From Actinomycetes bacterium (GTDB taxonomy: Bacteria; Actinomycetota; Acidimicrobiia; Acidimicrobiales; JABEUL01), in contig JAJZNL010000020.1 in assembly GCA_021852345.1 (NCBI GenBank), forward strand, positions 3,144 through 67,143: a stretch of DNA of 64,000 bases, read 5' to 3'. The translations under genes and the position numbers were made by a program. A model generated the notes under the pieces. That model worked only from the letters and a program-made list of their open reading frames with translations. It ran no database searches and was not told the DNA's origin. Positions 31,391-40,002 of this stretch are shown here, in pieces (position 1 is the stretch's first letter; every line of letters begins with the position of its first letter).

Positions 31391-32344
31391 TTACTTTGCC
31401 AAGAAAAGTTTGTCTGAGTGGTTGGGTTCACCCGATGTAACATCAGTTTTGTCTGACTTAGTAAGTCTTTTGATCTCAATAATGAGCCCACCAACTCCGA
31501 TTATCGGAACAATCAGCATAACCAGAATGATCGGAATCCCCAGGCTGCTTAAGTTATGAATATGGATACCCGTTGAAACCGAAAAAGATGCCATTTTCGG
31601 GAAGGCCAAACCGAAAGCTCCGGCAGCGACAAAGGCTAATCCGCCCCATTTAAGTGTCCTAAATGATGTTTTCAGAGCAACTGTTTTAATGTCAGTTTCC
31701 GTCAGACCTTTTAGCTTGGATATGGATCCGAATAACCCGCCGGCTATAACTTGTATCACCATAGTGCCTAGCCCGAAAAAAGCTCCCGGAATCCAAGCCA
31801 ACCAGGCACTGTGCATACCGGGAGCCAATACAGTCAATATTATTAGTGCAAAAGCGCCTAAGCCCCATCCCGCAATAAATCCGTGAATCAATGGCATGTA
31901 TGATTTTAAATCCGAGATATCTTCTGAATGGTTTTTGTTATTGTCTTCGTCAACGTGTCCTAGCTTGTGGTAAAACTTAGAACCGAGAAAGTGCATGTGG
32001 ACGCTTTGACCTTTCTTCACCATCAAGTAACCAGAAATGGCCATAACGATTCCAACAATCAGATATATGACATCGTTGGCGTTTTCAGATTTTAAAAAAT
32101 TAACCAATCCAAAATAACCAAGTTCGGCTAAAATTGCCCGTTGAATTGTAAAAGCCAATGAAAAGAGAAATCCCTTTTTCATGCCTTTCTTGGTAGAGTA
32201 ACTGCTGACTGCGTAGCTAAATGTAATCGGCCAAGTGTGTTCGTCGGGGGTAACGCCGTGAATCATGCCCAACAAAAACGCGGTGATAAGAATCGATCCG
32301 ATACCGACTGCCATTGGATTCCACATATTTATAATTGCAATCAT
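31391..32344 (-). CDS. polytopic membrane protein, putative divalent-metal (Ni/Co/Zn-type) transporter
   Basis: About 8 hydrophobic segments. The first helix carries GMIHGVTPDEHTW, an HX4DH-like motif reminiscent of NiCoT/UreH-like transporters. A His/Asp-rich loop (HVDEDNNKNHSED) is present. Translationally coupled (TAATG) to the upstream Fur-family gene. Confidence 0.5.
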   Translation of the reverse strand: MIAIINMWNPMAVGIGSILITAFLLGMIHGVTPDEHTWPITFSYAVSSYSTKKGMKKGFLFSLAFTIQRAILAELGYFGLVNFLKSENANDVIYLIVGIVMAISGYLMVKKGQSVHMHFLGSKFYHKLGHVDEDNNKNHSEDISDLKSYMPLIHGFIAGWGLGAFALIILTVLAPGMHSAWLAWIPGAFFGLGTMVIQVIAGGLFGSISKLKGLTETDIKTVALKTSFRTLKWGGLAFVAAGAFGLAFPKMASFSVSTGIHIHNLSSLGIPIILVMLIVPIIGVGGLIIEIKRLTKSDKTDVTSGEPNHSDKLFLAK

Positions 32345-32736
32345 TATCGCACTTCAATACTTTGACAGGTTTTGCATATCCCCTCAAGTATTAAGGTATG
32401 ACTTAATACTTGAAAATCCATATCTAAAACAGTTTTTTTAATTGATTTTTCGAAAAATTCACACGGAATTTGGGACACCGTCTGACATTTTTGACAAACA
32501 AGATGGTCGTGGTGTCTTCTGGTGATTTCAAAGTGAGACTTGCCGTCATTTAGCTCAACTTTGTTTAAAACGCCTTCTTCCTCCAATTTCTGGGAGGCTC
32601 GAAAGATCGAAGAGAAATCAGCAGCTACCCCAGCTGAGTTTAATGAATGCTGAATCTCTTCTATTGTCCAGCAGTCTCTGTCACCACTGGTCAGTAACTT
32701 TACAATTGCTTGCGGTATCCTCGATATTCTTCCCAT
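32344..32736 (-). CDS. Fur-family metalloregulator (Zur/Nur-like)
   Basis: 130 aa. Winged-helix N-terminus, HHDHLVCQKC and a second CKTC pair. Confidence 0.85.
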   Translation of the reverse strand: MGRISRIPQAIVKLLTSGDRDCWTIEEIQHSLNSAGVAADFSSIFRASQKLEEEGVLNKVELNDGKSHFEITRRHHDHLVCQKCQTVSQIPCEFFEKSIKKTVLDMDFQVLSHTLILEGICKTCQSIEVR

Positions 32737-32758
32737 GGTTAGTAGTATAGCTTATTAT

Positions 32759-32784
32759 GCAAGTAAGTTGCGCAAATAACTTGC
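32759..32784. promoter_or_regulatory. 26-bp imperfect palindrome upstream of the Fur-family gene (candidate operator)
   Basis: GCAAGTAAGTTGCGCAAATAACTTGC has 11 of 13 symmetric pairs and lies 23 bp upstream of the ATG. It does not match a Zur-box consensus that I can recall. Confidence 0.3.
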
Positions 32785-32924
32785 AAAAAGTATTAAATTT
32801 ATTTAAAAGTATCCGCAAATATTAAAAATTTAAATAGAGTGGCTTTTCTGAAGCATTCGATTAATTAACGACATCTATTTCATCATCACATATAATTGCA
32901 AAGTCTCGGTAAATAGATTTATTA

Positions 32925-33369
32925 GGTCCAAACATAGGGTTGCCAACTGTTGCCAATCATATACGCGATAACATCCAATAGTCTGCTATACATATGAACC
33001 TCGCAGAGTGGGCAGAGTGGGCAGAGTGGGCAGAGTCTCAAGGTATCGCACGAGTCACGGCCTACCGGTGGTTTCGAGATGGTAAGCTCCCTGTCCCCGC
33101 TCGTAAGGTCGGCGGTCTCATCCTCGTCGATGTGCCAGATAGACCACCGTCCGGGCAGACAGTGGTCTACGCACGCGTATCCTCTGGAGACCAGAAAGAA
33201 GATTTGGATCGCCAAGTGGCTCGCGTAACCACATGGGCCACATCGCAGAAAATGAGCGTAGACCGAGTGGTTACTGAAGTCGGCTCCGCGTTAAATGGGC
33301 ATAGCAGGAAGTTTCTTGGCCTACTGCGCGATCCGTCTGTATCCAGGATTATCGTAGAACACAGGGAAT
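32925..33369 (+). mobile_element. IS607-family element left end, truncated remnant
   Basis: Abrupt GC-rich block in an AT-rich context. Two GTTGCCAA direct repeats lie 10 bp apart (32939 and 32949) upstream of a serine-recombinase gene fragment. Homology and high GC both stop at ~33369. Confidence 0.7.
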
Positions 33370-33395
33370 CAAATTATTTAGAAGCTTATTTTTGA
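32994..33395 (+). pseudogene. tnpA: IS607-type TnpA (MerR-like HTH + serine recombinase), C-terminally truncated
   Basis: ...SQGIARVTAYRWFRDGKLPVPARKVGGLILVD... then VVYARVSSGDQKEDLDRQVARV (catalytic Ser motif) and ...IIVEHR. The sequence then diverges into AT-rich DNA and a stop. About two thirds of a normal TnpA is present and no tnpB follows. Confidence 0.75.
33003..33036 (+). repeat. 9-bp tandem repeat GCAGAGTGG x3.8 inside the tnpA fragment
   Basis: Read directly. It encodes AEWAEWAEWAE, where IS607 TnpAs normally carry a single copy of this motif. Confidence 0.9.
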
Positions 33396-33524
33396 AGGCA
33401 CTAAGGCGCATATGGTCGATATCTATTTATTGAATGTCAAACCAAAACAAAACCTTGTGAAGTTGAATAATCGGTACTTTTGAAATAAAATGTTTTAAAC
33501 AAATTTAACTGGAAAGAGATTAAT

Positions 33525-33959
33525 ATGACATCTGAGATTACTGACCATCAGAATATAGAAATGAGAAAAGCGGTTCCACAAATTACTGTGGAGACATTTT
33601 TCATAAAATCTTTAGGTCTCCAAATAGAAAAATACGACCCTGATGAAGTTACTGTAATGCTGCCATTTAGAGAAGAATTAACAAACGACGGAACCCACTA
33701 TCACGGTGGAGTTATAGCTGCGGCCATGGATACGGCTGGCGCTATGGCCGCTTTTTCAAATCATGATTTCAACAAAGGTCACAATGCCTCTACTATTTCA
33801 CTAACAATAAATTATGTGGGAGTTGCAAAGAAATCAAACTTAATTTGTGAGGCCACAACAAAAAAACGAGGTAAAGAGTTAATTTTTACAGAAGTTACGG
33901 CATATGATTCGGAAGCTAGAGTTGTTGCTCATGCCATTCAAACTTATCGGATTGCCTGA
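33525..33959 (+). CDS. PaaI-family hotdog-fold thioesterase
   Basis: 144 aa with the GTHYHGGVIAAAMDTAG motif. Confidence 0.8.
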   Translation: MTSEITDHQNIEMRKAVPQITVETFFIKSLGLQIEKYDPDEVTVMLPFREELTNDGTHYHGGVIAAAMDTAGAMAAFSNHDFNKGHNASTISLTINYVGVAKKSNLICEATTKKRGKELIFTEVTAYDSEARVVAHAIQTYRIA

Positions 33960-33966
33960 AAGTTAG

Positions 33967-34551
33967 TCATTGGTCTAATATCGATTTTCCGTCGGGAGGC
34001 CAACTTGCTAGGTGCTCTTCAAGTGTGATACCCAACGAAAGCAACAACTGGCTTATTAACTTCCAAGTTACGGCAATGCCTATAATTTCAAGTGCAAATC
34101 TGTCTTTTTCTTCTTCGACGCAATCATAAAGGTTTCGCATTGTGTTTTGGGTAACGCAGTCGTTATTTTTGAGTTCGTCAGCACATTCTAATACGGTTAG
34201 TTCGGTTGAATTAAAAATATCTGCACTGAGGGTTGGTTGGCGAATCCCGATAATTTGGTCTTCTTCTACTTTATATGCTTTTGCGATTTCGTAATGGTGA
34301 GTCCACTCGTAGTCACAACCGTGTAACCATCCCGTGCGCATAATGAGTAGTTCTCTTAACTTCGAATCAATTTTGCTCTTAAAAAGGAAAGTTTCAAGAA
34401 GTGAGTTAATTGACGAAGCTAAGTCGGGATGTTTAAGTAAAGTCCTAAATATGTTAAGTTCGGCAATTGGTTCTAATATACCTAACGTTTGGCCGATTTC
34501 AATAGCTTGAATTTTGTCAAGCATCTCTATCACAAGTTCATTTTGATCCAT
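33967..34551 (-). CDS. carboxymuconolactone decarboxylase (AhpD-like) family protein
   Basis: 194 aa. The ...TGWLHGCDYEWTHH... core resembles the CMD-family active-site helix. Confidence 0.65.
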   Translation of the reverse strand: MDQNELVIEMLDKIQAIEIGQTLGILEPIAELNIFRTLLKHPDLASSINSLLETFLFKSKIDSKLRELLIMRTGWLHGCDYEWTHHYEIAKAYKVEEDQIIGIRQPTLSADIFNSTELTVLECADELKNNDCVTQNTMRNLYDCVEEEKDRFALEIIGIAVTWKLISQLLLSLGITLEEHLASWPPDGKSILDQ

Positions 34552-34574
34552 AAATATCTCCTTGAGGTATTTTA

Positions 34575-35675
34575 TTATTTGTGCGGGTTAATAAGGCAAT
34601 GAAGCGCATCTTGGCTTCCTTCGCTAAGTTCGAACAGCAGGTTTTGCGCTTCAGAAAATCCAATCTCAAGTCGAGTGAGACTTTCAAACGGAAATTCTGA
34701 CGAGTTAAGTATTTCTACAGCCCTCGAGTATGAATGGATATCGACTCCTAATGCACCTAAAATACGCAATTCTTTGTATATTATTGAATCGATGGATAGG
34801 TTATCCGCGCCGAATTTCCCTTTTGTACCTGCAACAACTATCGTTCCTCCTTCGCTGCACAGGTTGACCGCTTGGCCCAATGCAGTTGTGGATTTTGCCG
34901 TGACGTCTACCACGACATCAGCCAAAGAGCCGATGGCAGATTTAAGTTCTCTTATTGGGTCTTTATGCTCAATGTCTACAACTAAGTCGGCGCCAAATGT
35001 CTTGGCTATCTCAAGTCTCACTTTATCGCGCGGACCGTAACCGGTTACCATGACAAATTTGGCCCCAGCAAGTTTTGCGGCAACTACTCCAGCAATTCCT
35101 CTTATTCCGGGACCGAGTATTGCAACAATATCACCTTTTTTGGTTTGCGGGATTTCAGCGGCCCATCTTAAACCGGCTCCGAGTGGATTAAAAAGTGTGG
35201 CAAGTCGAGGATCAAGACTTTCGGGTAGTTTTATAACCATGGCGTCTTTGGACAGATAGAGGTGAGACGAATATCCGCCCCACAGACTGGGAGCTTTAGA
35301 CGTGGGGATAAATCCATACATATCATAAAGCCCATGTTGTTGACAGTGTCTGTAATCGCCATTTAAACAGTTTCGGCAATTTCTGCACGACTGAAAAACT
35401 TCTACTGCAACCAAATCTCCTATGTCTACATTGAATCTTAATTTAGCATTTTGCCCGATCAGCACAATCCTGCCGACAGTTTCATGACCGGGAATAAACG
35501 GACCTGATGTGGGCAGGGCACCTGAAAATTGCTCGTGGTCGGTGCCGCACAAACCGCATGCCTCTACTTCCAACAAGGCTTCGTCATCTGTAATTTCTGG
35601 AAGAGGGAATTGCTCCAATACCAAATTCTGCGGTTCGCTAAGTACTAGTGCTTTGGCTACGGCTTGAGTGTTCAC
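34575..35675 (-). CDS. zinc-dependent medium-chain alcohol dehydrogenase/reductase
   Basis: Catalytic Zn motifs EACGLCGTDHE and GHETVG. Structural Zn cluster CRNCRNCLNGDYRHC. Rossmann ILGPGIRG. Confidence 0.85.
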   Translation of the reverse strand: MNTQAVAKALVLSEPQNLVLEQFPLPEITDDEALLEVEACGLCGTDHEQFSGALPTSGPFIPGHETVGRIVLIGQNAKLRFNVDIGDLVAVEVFQSCRNCRNCLNGDYRHCQQHGLYDMYGFIPTSKAPSLWGGYSSHLYLSKDAMVIKLPESLDPRLATLFNPLGAGLRWAAEIPQTKKGDIVAILGPGIRGIAGVVAAKLAGAKFVMVTGYGPRDKVRLEIAKTFGADLVVDIEHKDPIRELKSAIGSLADVVVDVTAKSTTALGQAVNLCSEGGTIVVAGTKGKFGADNLSIDSIIYKELRILGALGVDIHSYSRAVEILNSSEFPFESLTRLEIGFSEAQNLLFELSEGSQDALHCLINPHK

Positions 35676-35755
35676 TAATATGATTTTATAATCAAGTTAT
35701 CGTTAATTCAAATTGACCAGTTGTAAAATATCCTAGATTTGATAAGAATGCTTAT

Positions 35756-36110
35756 CTAGGCAGTCCGGTGGGGACTAAATATGAGTTGCATCTGAATGCA
35801 ACTCATATCTGATCTGACGGTTCTTTCAACGCTTATAGTTGCCGGACATGGATTTTGATCCCGGAGCTGTGGAGTTTGGTTTAGTAGTTCTGGAAAATTT
35901 AAATTAGTGTGACTCTGTCGACGCATTCTTGAACAGCTCTGGATCGTAGGGACGTACGGATGCGTAAGTACAGTCTTCAACTTCGCGACAGGCAACATCG
36001 CGACCGATGGTACTTGCGGGTAGAAGATGCAGTATTATCGGTCATTACACGTGTTCAGGGTCAGCCAATCCGCAAGGCTGACTGCGAGATAAGGGCATAG
36101 ATTGCTATAT
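35756..36110. other. GC-elevated orphan segment, possible mobile-element remnant or structured RNA
   Basis: About 355 bp that is visibly GC-richer than the flanking spacer. No convincing protein in any frame. Contains GTTGCC (35838), its complement (35991) and GCCAATC (36064), which echo the IS607 left-end repeats, plus a 7-bp hairpin GTCAGCC/GGCTGAC. Confidence 0.3.
35779..35808. repeat. perfect 13-bp hairpin with 4-nt loop
   Basis: ATATGAGTTGCAT-CTGA-ATGCAACTCATAT, read directly. No flanking U-tract on either strand. Confidence 0.9.
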
Positions 36111-36244
36111 TTTTACCTAGTGTGATCTAATCAAAATACCGATTGTCATTAAAATTGATTTATAAGGAAAATAGAACGTTGATTAATAGTCGTGATTAAT
36201 TCGACTGAAACGTTATGTTTGTATAAGCGAAAGAATTGTAAAAT

Positions 36245-37354
36245 ATGCTACCTTCAGATTCGAATCTATACAGAGATTCCAGGATTTATAGAAGATCGAG
36301 GCGAAACCAAAGGAAACGAGTCAGGCTATTGATTGTTATATGTATTTTGATATTGATTATCGTTTACTTTTTATGGCCGTCGTCTTCTGGAGGCAATAGC
36401 CCTAGAAGCAGTACTTCGACGGTCGCTGGATCGACAACAACTACTTTGGCTCCTATGATCCAGGCTCAAAATTTACCGATAGTTTTAACTGTAGATGTTT
36501 CAAGAGAGGCGGTAGTTTTTGACCCCAGCCTAAGTACGTCTTCTTTGATACTTGTCGGTGGACTGTTCGCAAGCGGTACGACTACTCCGAATGTGGCTAC
36601 GGTTAATTATACGTCTGGCGCAGAAACGCTATTGGGAACCATGGCCCAGCCAGTACATGATACAACGGCTCAGATTGAAGGAAATTCATTGATCGTTTTA
36701 GGTGGAGGGGCAACTAGTGTATTGGCGAGCGTGCAGCTTGGAACATTTAACGGACTTGGCCCTAACAGTATGTCCTTCACTCAGGGGCAGGGAATGCCAC
36801 AGCCGAGGGCCGATTTAACATCTGTTGTCCATAACGGACAGATATATGTTTTGGACGGGTACGATGGAAATACTATGGACGGTGCAATCCTATCAACGTC
36901 AGCGGGAGCAACATTTAATTCAGTTGGAACTTTATCGGTGCCGATCCGGTATGGCGCAGCGGTTGCTACGACAAATGCCATCTACGTTTTTGGAGGATTG
37001 AATCAATCCGGACAAATTGTGACGACGATTCAACGTTACAGTTTTAGAAAAAAAAATACTACGATTGTTGGAAATTTACCAGTGGGATTGGCGGGTGCAA
37101 GTGTCGGACTGCTGAGCAATAACATCTATCTTGCTGGGGGACAAAGCGCAAACGGCACTTCATCTGCCATTTATGAATTTAATACAAAAACTAATCAAAT
37201 TGGAAATGCTGGCACCATGGCAATACCAGAGGCTTACGCAGGGTATACGGTTGCAAATAACAATTTGTATATCGTTGGCGGTGAAAATGCGGGGAAGCTT
37301 ACAAACAACATTCAACAACTCACTCCCAACCTTACGTTGGGACATGTAAGCTAA
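36245..37354 (+). CDS. signal-anchored Kelch-repeat (beta-propeller) protein
   Basis: Basic N-terminus, TM helix (LLIVICILILIIVYFLW) and Ser/Thr-rich linker. About six Kelch-like blades follow (LILVGG, LIVLGG, IYVLDG, IYVFGG, IYLAGG, LYIVGG). Confidence 0.75.
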   Translation: MLPSDSNLYRDSRIYRRSRRNQRKRVRLLIVICILILIIVYFLWPSSSGGNSPRSSTSTVAGSTTTTLAPMIQAQNLPIVLTVDVSREAVVFDPSLSTSSLILVGGLFASGTTTPNVATVNYTSGAETLLGTMAQPVHDTTAQIEGNSLIVLGGGATSVLASVQLGTFNGLGPNSMSFTQGQGMPQPRADLTSVVHNGQIYVLDGYDGNTMDGAILSTSAGATFNSVGTLSVPIRYGAAVATTNAIYVFGGLNQSGQIVTTIQRYSFRKKNTTIVGNLPVGLAGASVGLLSNNIYLAGGQSANGTSSAIYEFNTKTNQIGNAGTMAIPEAYAGYTVANNNLYIVGGENAGKLTNNIQQLTPNLTLGHVS

Positions 37355-37703
37355 TGCCTTTGTAGCAAGTACGTTTTGAAGATGCTAGGACACTAATTTG
37401 CATGGATTCGGTGTAATATTCTCGCAAAATTGATTCAAAATGCACTTTGAAATTGAATTATGTATCCTGGCAAAATACATTGAACAAAGTTTGATTGCTT
37501 AATATTCGGATTAATTATAAAGATTCAAGATTGGAAATTATTGCTATAGACTACAGATTCTATTTGTCGACTAAGCTATTCGTCGCGGTAACTCAATTTA
37601 ATACCATTTGATATAGTTGTCAGTAGCATAAATTCAAATAAAGGCTAAAAAGCATTGTTAAAGTTAAATCGGTTTTAAAACAACTATAGGCATACGAAGT
37701 CAC

Positions 37704-38768
37704 ATGGCAAATTATTATAAAAAACCGACCAAATCGACGCTGTTGTTTAGATGGATAGTTTTGGTAGTATGCCTTTTGGCCATTTTTGCTGCTGGGTGGT
37801 ACGCAATCGGATATATAAACCGAGCCGTTAGTCCCGCACCAACCACAACTTCGATTGCCAATACGGGAGCAACGACCACTGGCTCTAACTCCGGAACTAC
37901 TTCTTCGTTGCCGCCGGTATCTCAGTATTCGGTAGGATATCAAATGTTTGCTCTAAGCGAAACGACTGCAACTGGAACCCGGAGCATCCCTACATTATTG
38001 TGTTTCCCGACTTTAGCCAGTTCTACGACACCTGCTATGGCCTACGGACCATTCCCATTTGTCGTATTCTCTCAGGGTTTTGACATATCTTATAAAAGTT
38101 ATATGGGGTTGATAGACTATTGGGTTCAAAACGGTTTTGTCGTAGCGGTGCCGCAGTATCCCTATACAGACCCAAGTTATTCCGCCGGAGTTTTAAGATC
38201 CGATATTGTCAATCATCCTGCGGATCTGAGTTTTGTCATCGACTATTTTAAAAATTACTTTCAGGCTCCAGGTGAGTTTCACCTGTTAATTAATAACAAC
38301 GAAATCGGTGCTGCGGGACAATCTGACGGCGGAGACGTTACGTTGGCTTCAACCACCGATTCGGTATACAAAGATCCTCAAATTAAAGCTGCCGTATTGT
38401 TGTCGGCAGCCGAATACAGTGCGTTTTCCGGAAAGTATTTTTCGGCATCTTCGGTCCCGATGTATATATCTCAAGGTACAAGCGATACGGTTAATCCGCC
38501 ATACTGTTCAATTCAAATCTACGATTCGGCGGGACCTCCGAAATACTATGTAGAGCTTTTTGGAGCCGATCATTTGGAAGCGTATACCCAAAATAACAGC
38601 TATTCGACCGTAGTTGATCAGACGTCCACTACTTTTTTAGAACAATACCTAGCGGGGAAAAACGTGATTTCTAACCTGCAATCTCAAGCTAACGTGTCCA
38701 ATGTGTCCACCCTAGTTGCTTCAAGCTATATTACTCCGACTAACACAAATTGTCCGGGCGCACCGTAG
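37704..38768 (+). CDS. signal-anchored alpha/beta hydrolase (dienelactone hydrolase / PAF-acetylhydrolase / cutinase-like)
   Basis: TM helix, then a Thr/Ser-rich linker. FPFVVFSQGF...NGFVVAVPQYP, nucleophile elbow GQSDGG (GxSxG) and C-terminal GADH. Confidence 0.7.
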   Translation: MANYYKKPTKSTLLFRWIVLVVCLLAIFAAGWYAIGYINRAVSPAPTTTSIANTGATTTGSNSGTTSSLPPVSQYSVGYQMFALSETTATGTRSIPTLLCFPTLASSTTPAMAYGPFPFVVFSQGFDISYKSYMGLIDYWVQNGFVVAVPQYPYTDPSYSAGVLRSDIVNHPADLSFVIDYFKNYFQAPGEFHLLINNNEIGAAGQSDGGDVTLASTTDSVYKDPQIKAAVLLSAAEYSAFSGKYFSASSVPMYISQGTSDTVNPPYCSIQIYDSAGPPKYYVELFGADHLEAYTQNNSYSTVVDQTSTTFLEQYLAGKNVISNLQSQANVSNVSTLVASSYITPTNTNCPGAP

Positions 38769-38864
38769 ATTTTCCATTCGACACATCGTCCAATTTCTTT
38801 ATGTCAATTCGGTCAACGCCGCATGTCAGTATTTTAAAGTTTGGCTTTAAATAGGTCCGAAACG

Positions 38865-39575
38865 CTACTGCTTCGGTTTGTTTGCAGACATTATTACAGC
38901 TTCGGCTACTATTTTTTCATACTTAATGTCGGTAAAACCAGCGTTTGTAAGATTTTCAACCCATGTTTCAATCGGAACCGGTCTTTCGCTGAATCGCAGT
39001 GAGTATCTAAATACATTTTTGATTATTCTCAACCATCCGCCAGGACCTCGTTTGATTAAAGCAGTAAGTTTACCTTTTATAATTTCCCGGTCCCTGGAAT
39101 CAGACCCTCTCCCGAACATCATATCTCCGATAATCACCTCTCCGCCCGGTTTGAGCCAACCGAATATAGATTTTGCTATCAGTGATTTGTCGGAGTCCAG
39201 TAAATGGTGAAGTGCATAATTTGTAACAACAAAATCCACAGACGAAGGGTCGAATTTAACTTCTTCGATTGAGCCAGCTACTGGCTTTATGTTTTTAATT
39301 CCCTGTTGTCCGGCCCTATCTACCAGCTGTTCGAGCATAGGAGGGCTGATATCCACTGCGTAAACACTTTTGGAACGTTTGGCAAGAGGAATGGTTAATT
39401 GTCCCGACCCTGAGCCTAAGTCTACAATAACTGATTCAGTGTTACAGTTAACCTCATCTACTAACGTGTCTACAACTTTTGTCAGGCCCATTCCGCCTTC
39501 GTCCCACGTAGCGGACATTTTTATCCATCGAGATTTTTGATGTTTTAACAAAGTTTTTCTTAGAAGTTCTAGCAT
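38865..39575 (-). CDS. class I SAM-dependent methyltransferase
   Basis: Motif I VDLGSGSGQLT and motif post-I AVDISPPM. The true start may be an internal Met. Confidence 0.8.
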   Translation of the reverse strand: MLELLRKTLLKHQKSRWIKMSATWDEGGMGLTKVVDTLVDEVNCNTESVIVDLGSGSGQLTIPLAKRSKSVYAVDISPPMLEQLVDRAGQQGIKNIKPVAGSIEEVKFDPSSVDFVVTNYALHHLLDSDKSLIAKSIFGWLKPGGEVIIGDMMFGRGSDSRDREIIKGKLTALIKRGPGGWLRIIKNVFRYSLRFSERPVPIETWVENLTNAGFTDIKYEKIVAEAVIMSANKPKQ

Positions 39576-40002
39576 TTCAGATTTCCCAGGTAGTTCGAAA
39601 ATTCAATTTTATTAAAAATTATAGAATGCGTTATTGCGGTGCATAAAGCTTGTTTCTAAATTTTAGTCTAGGATACTTTAGCCTAAATACCCATGAGGCT
39701 AAATTCATCTTTTGATTTTCAATGGCAATATTCTTAAAATAATCTATAACTTCTCTTATACGTGACTTCACCATTTTAAAAAGTTGTCAAACAAATTTAC
39801 CTAAGTGTAATAAAATATTGATTGAATCTTTTGTGTTTCCAATCATTAAAAAGAAAACAGTTTAAAGGGATTGCGGAAAATTTCTTCGAAAAGGAAAGCG
39901 AAATTTGTTGTTGTCATTTGATTACAAAGTTTATATGTTGTATCTTTCTAGGCAAAACCATCATTCTCAGTCATTTATATTTAACTTTTGTAATAATTAA
40001 CC

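Noticed and set aside
33003-33036. Short tandem repeats (also 42629-42666 and 58031-58075), considered as possible CRISPR arrays.
   Set aside because: The units are 9-15 bp, directly abutting with no spacers, and two of the three arrays are in-frame inside coding sequence. No cas genes are present.
32922-33215. Minus-strand ORF containing CPLCPLCPLC, superficially a metal-binding peptide.
   Set aside because: It is the antisense reading of the 9-bp tandem repeat and GC-rich tnpA fragment. The + strand frame has clear IS607 TnpA similarity.
35761-35775. AGTCCGG resembling the RNase P RNA CR-I motif, in a segment of about the length of RNase P RNA.
   Set aside because: The other universally conserved RNase P blocks (GGUAAGGGUGAAA-type and ACAGAACCCGGCUUA-type) are absent on both strands.
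35838-35880. Possible tRNA or tmRNA 3' end (GGACATGGATTTTGATCCCGGAGCTGTGGAG), which could have marked an integration site.
   Set aside because: There is no proper T-arm (no GTTCRANYC loop with a 5-bp stem), no acceptor/CCA context, and no cloverleaf can be drawn on either strand.
35756-35998. 80-aa minus-strand ORF in the GC-elevated orphan segment.
   Set aside because: No SD and no recognisable domain, with an implausible composition. The open frame most likely results from the local GC richness.
39677-39703. 8-bp hairpin (TTTAGCCT-N11-AGGCTAAA) followed by a T-rich tract, possibly the terminator of an unannotated sRNA.
   Set aside because: The stem is short and AU-rich, the loop is long, and there is no upstream + strand promoter or gene to terminate. 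It cannot be distinguished from chance in a 30%-GC spacer.
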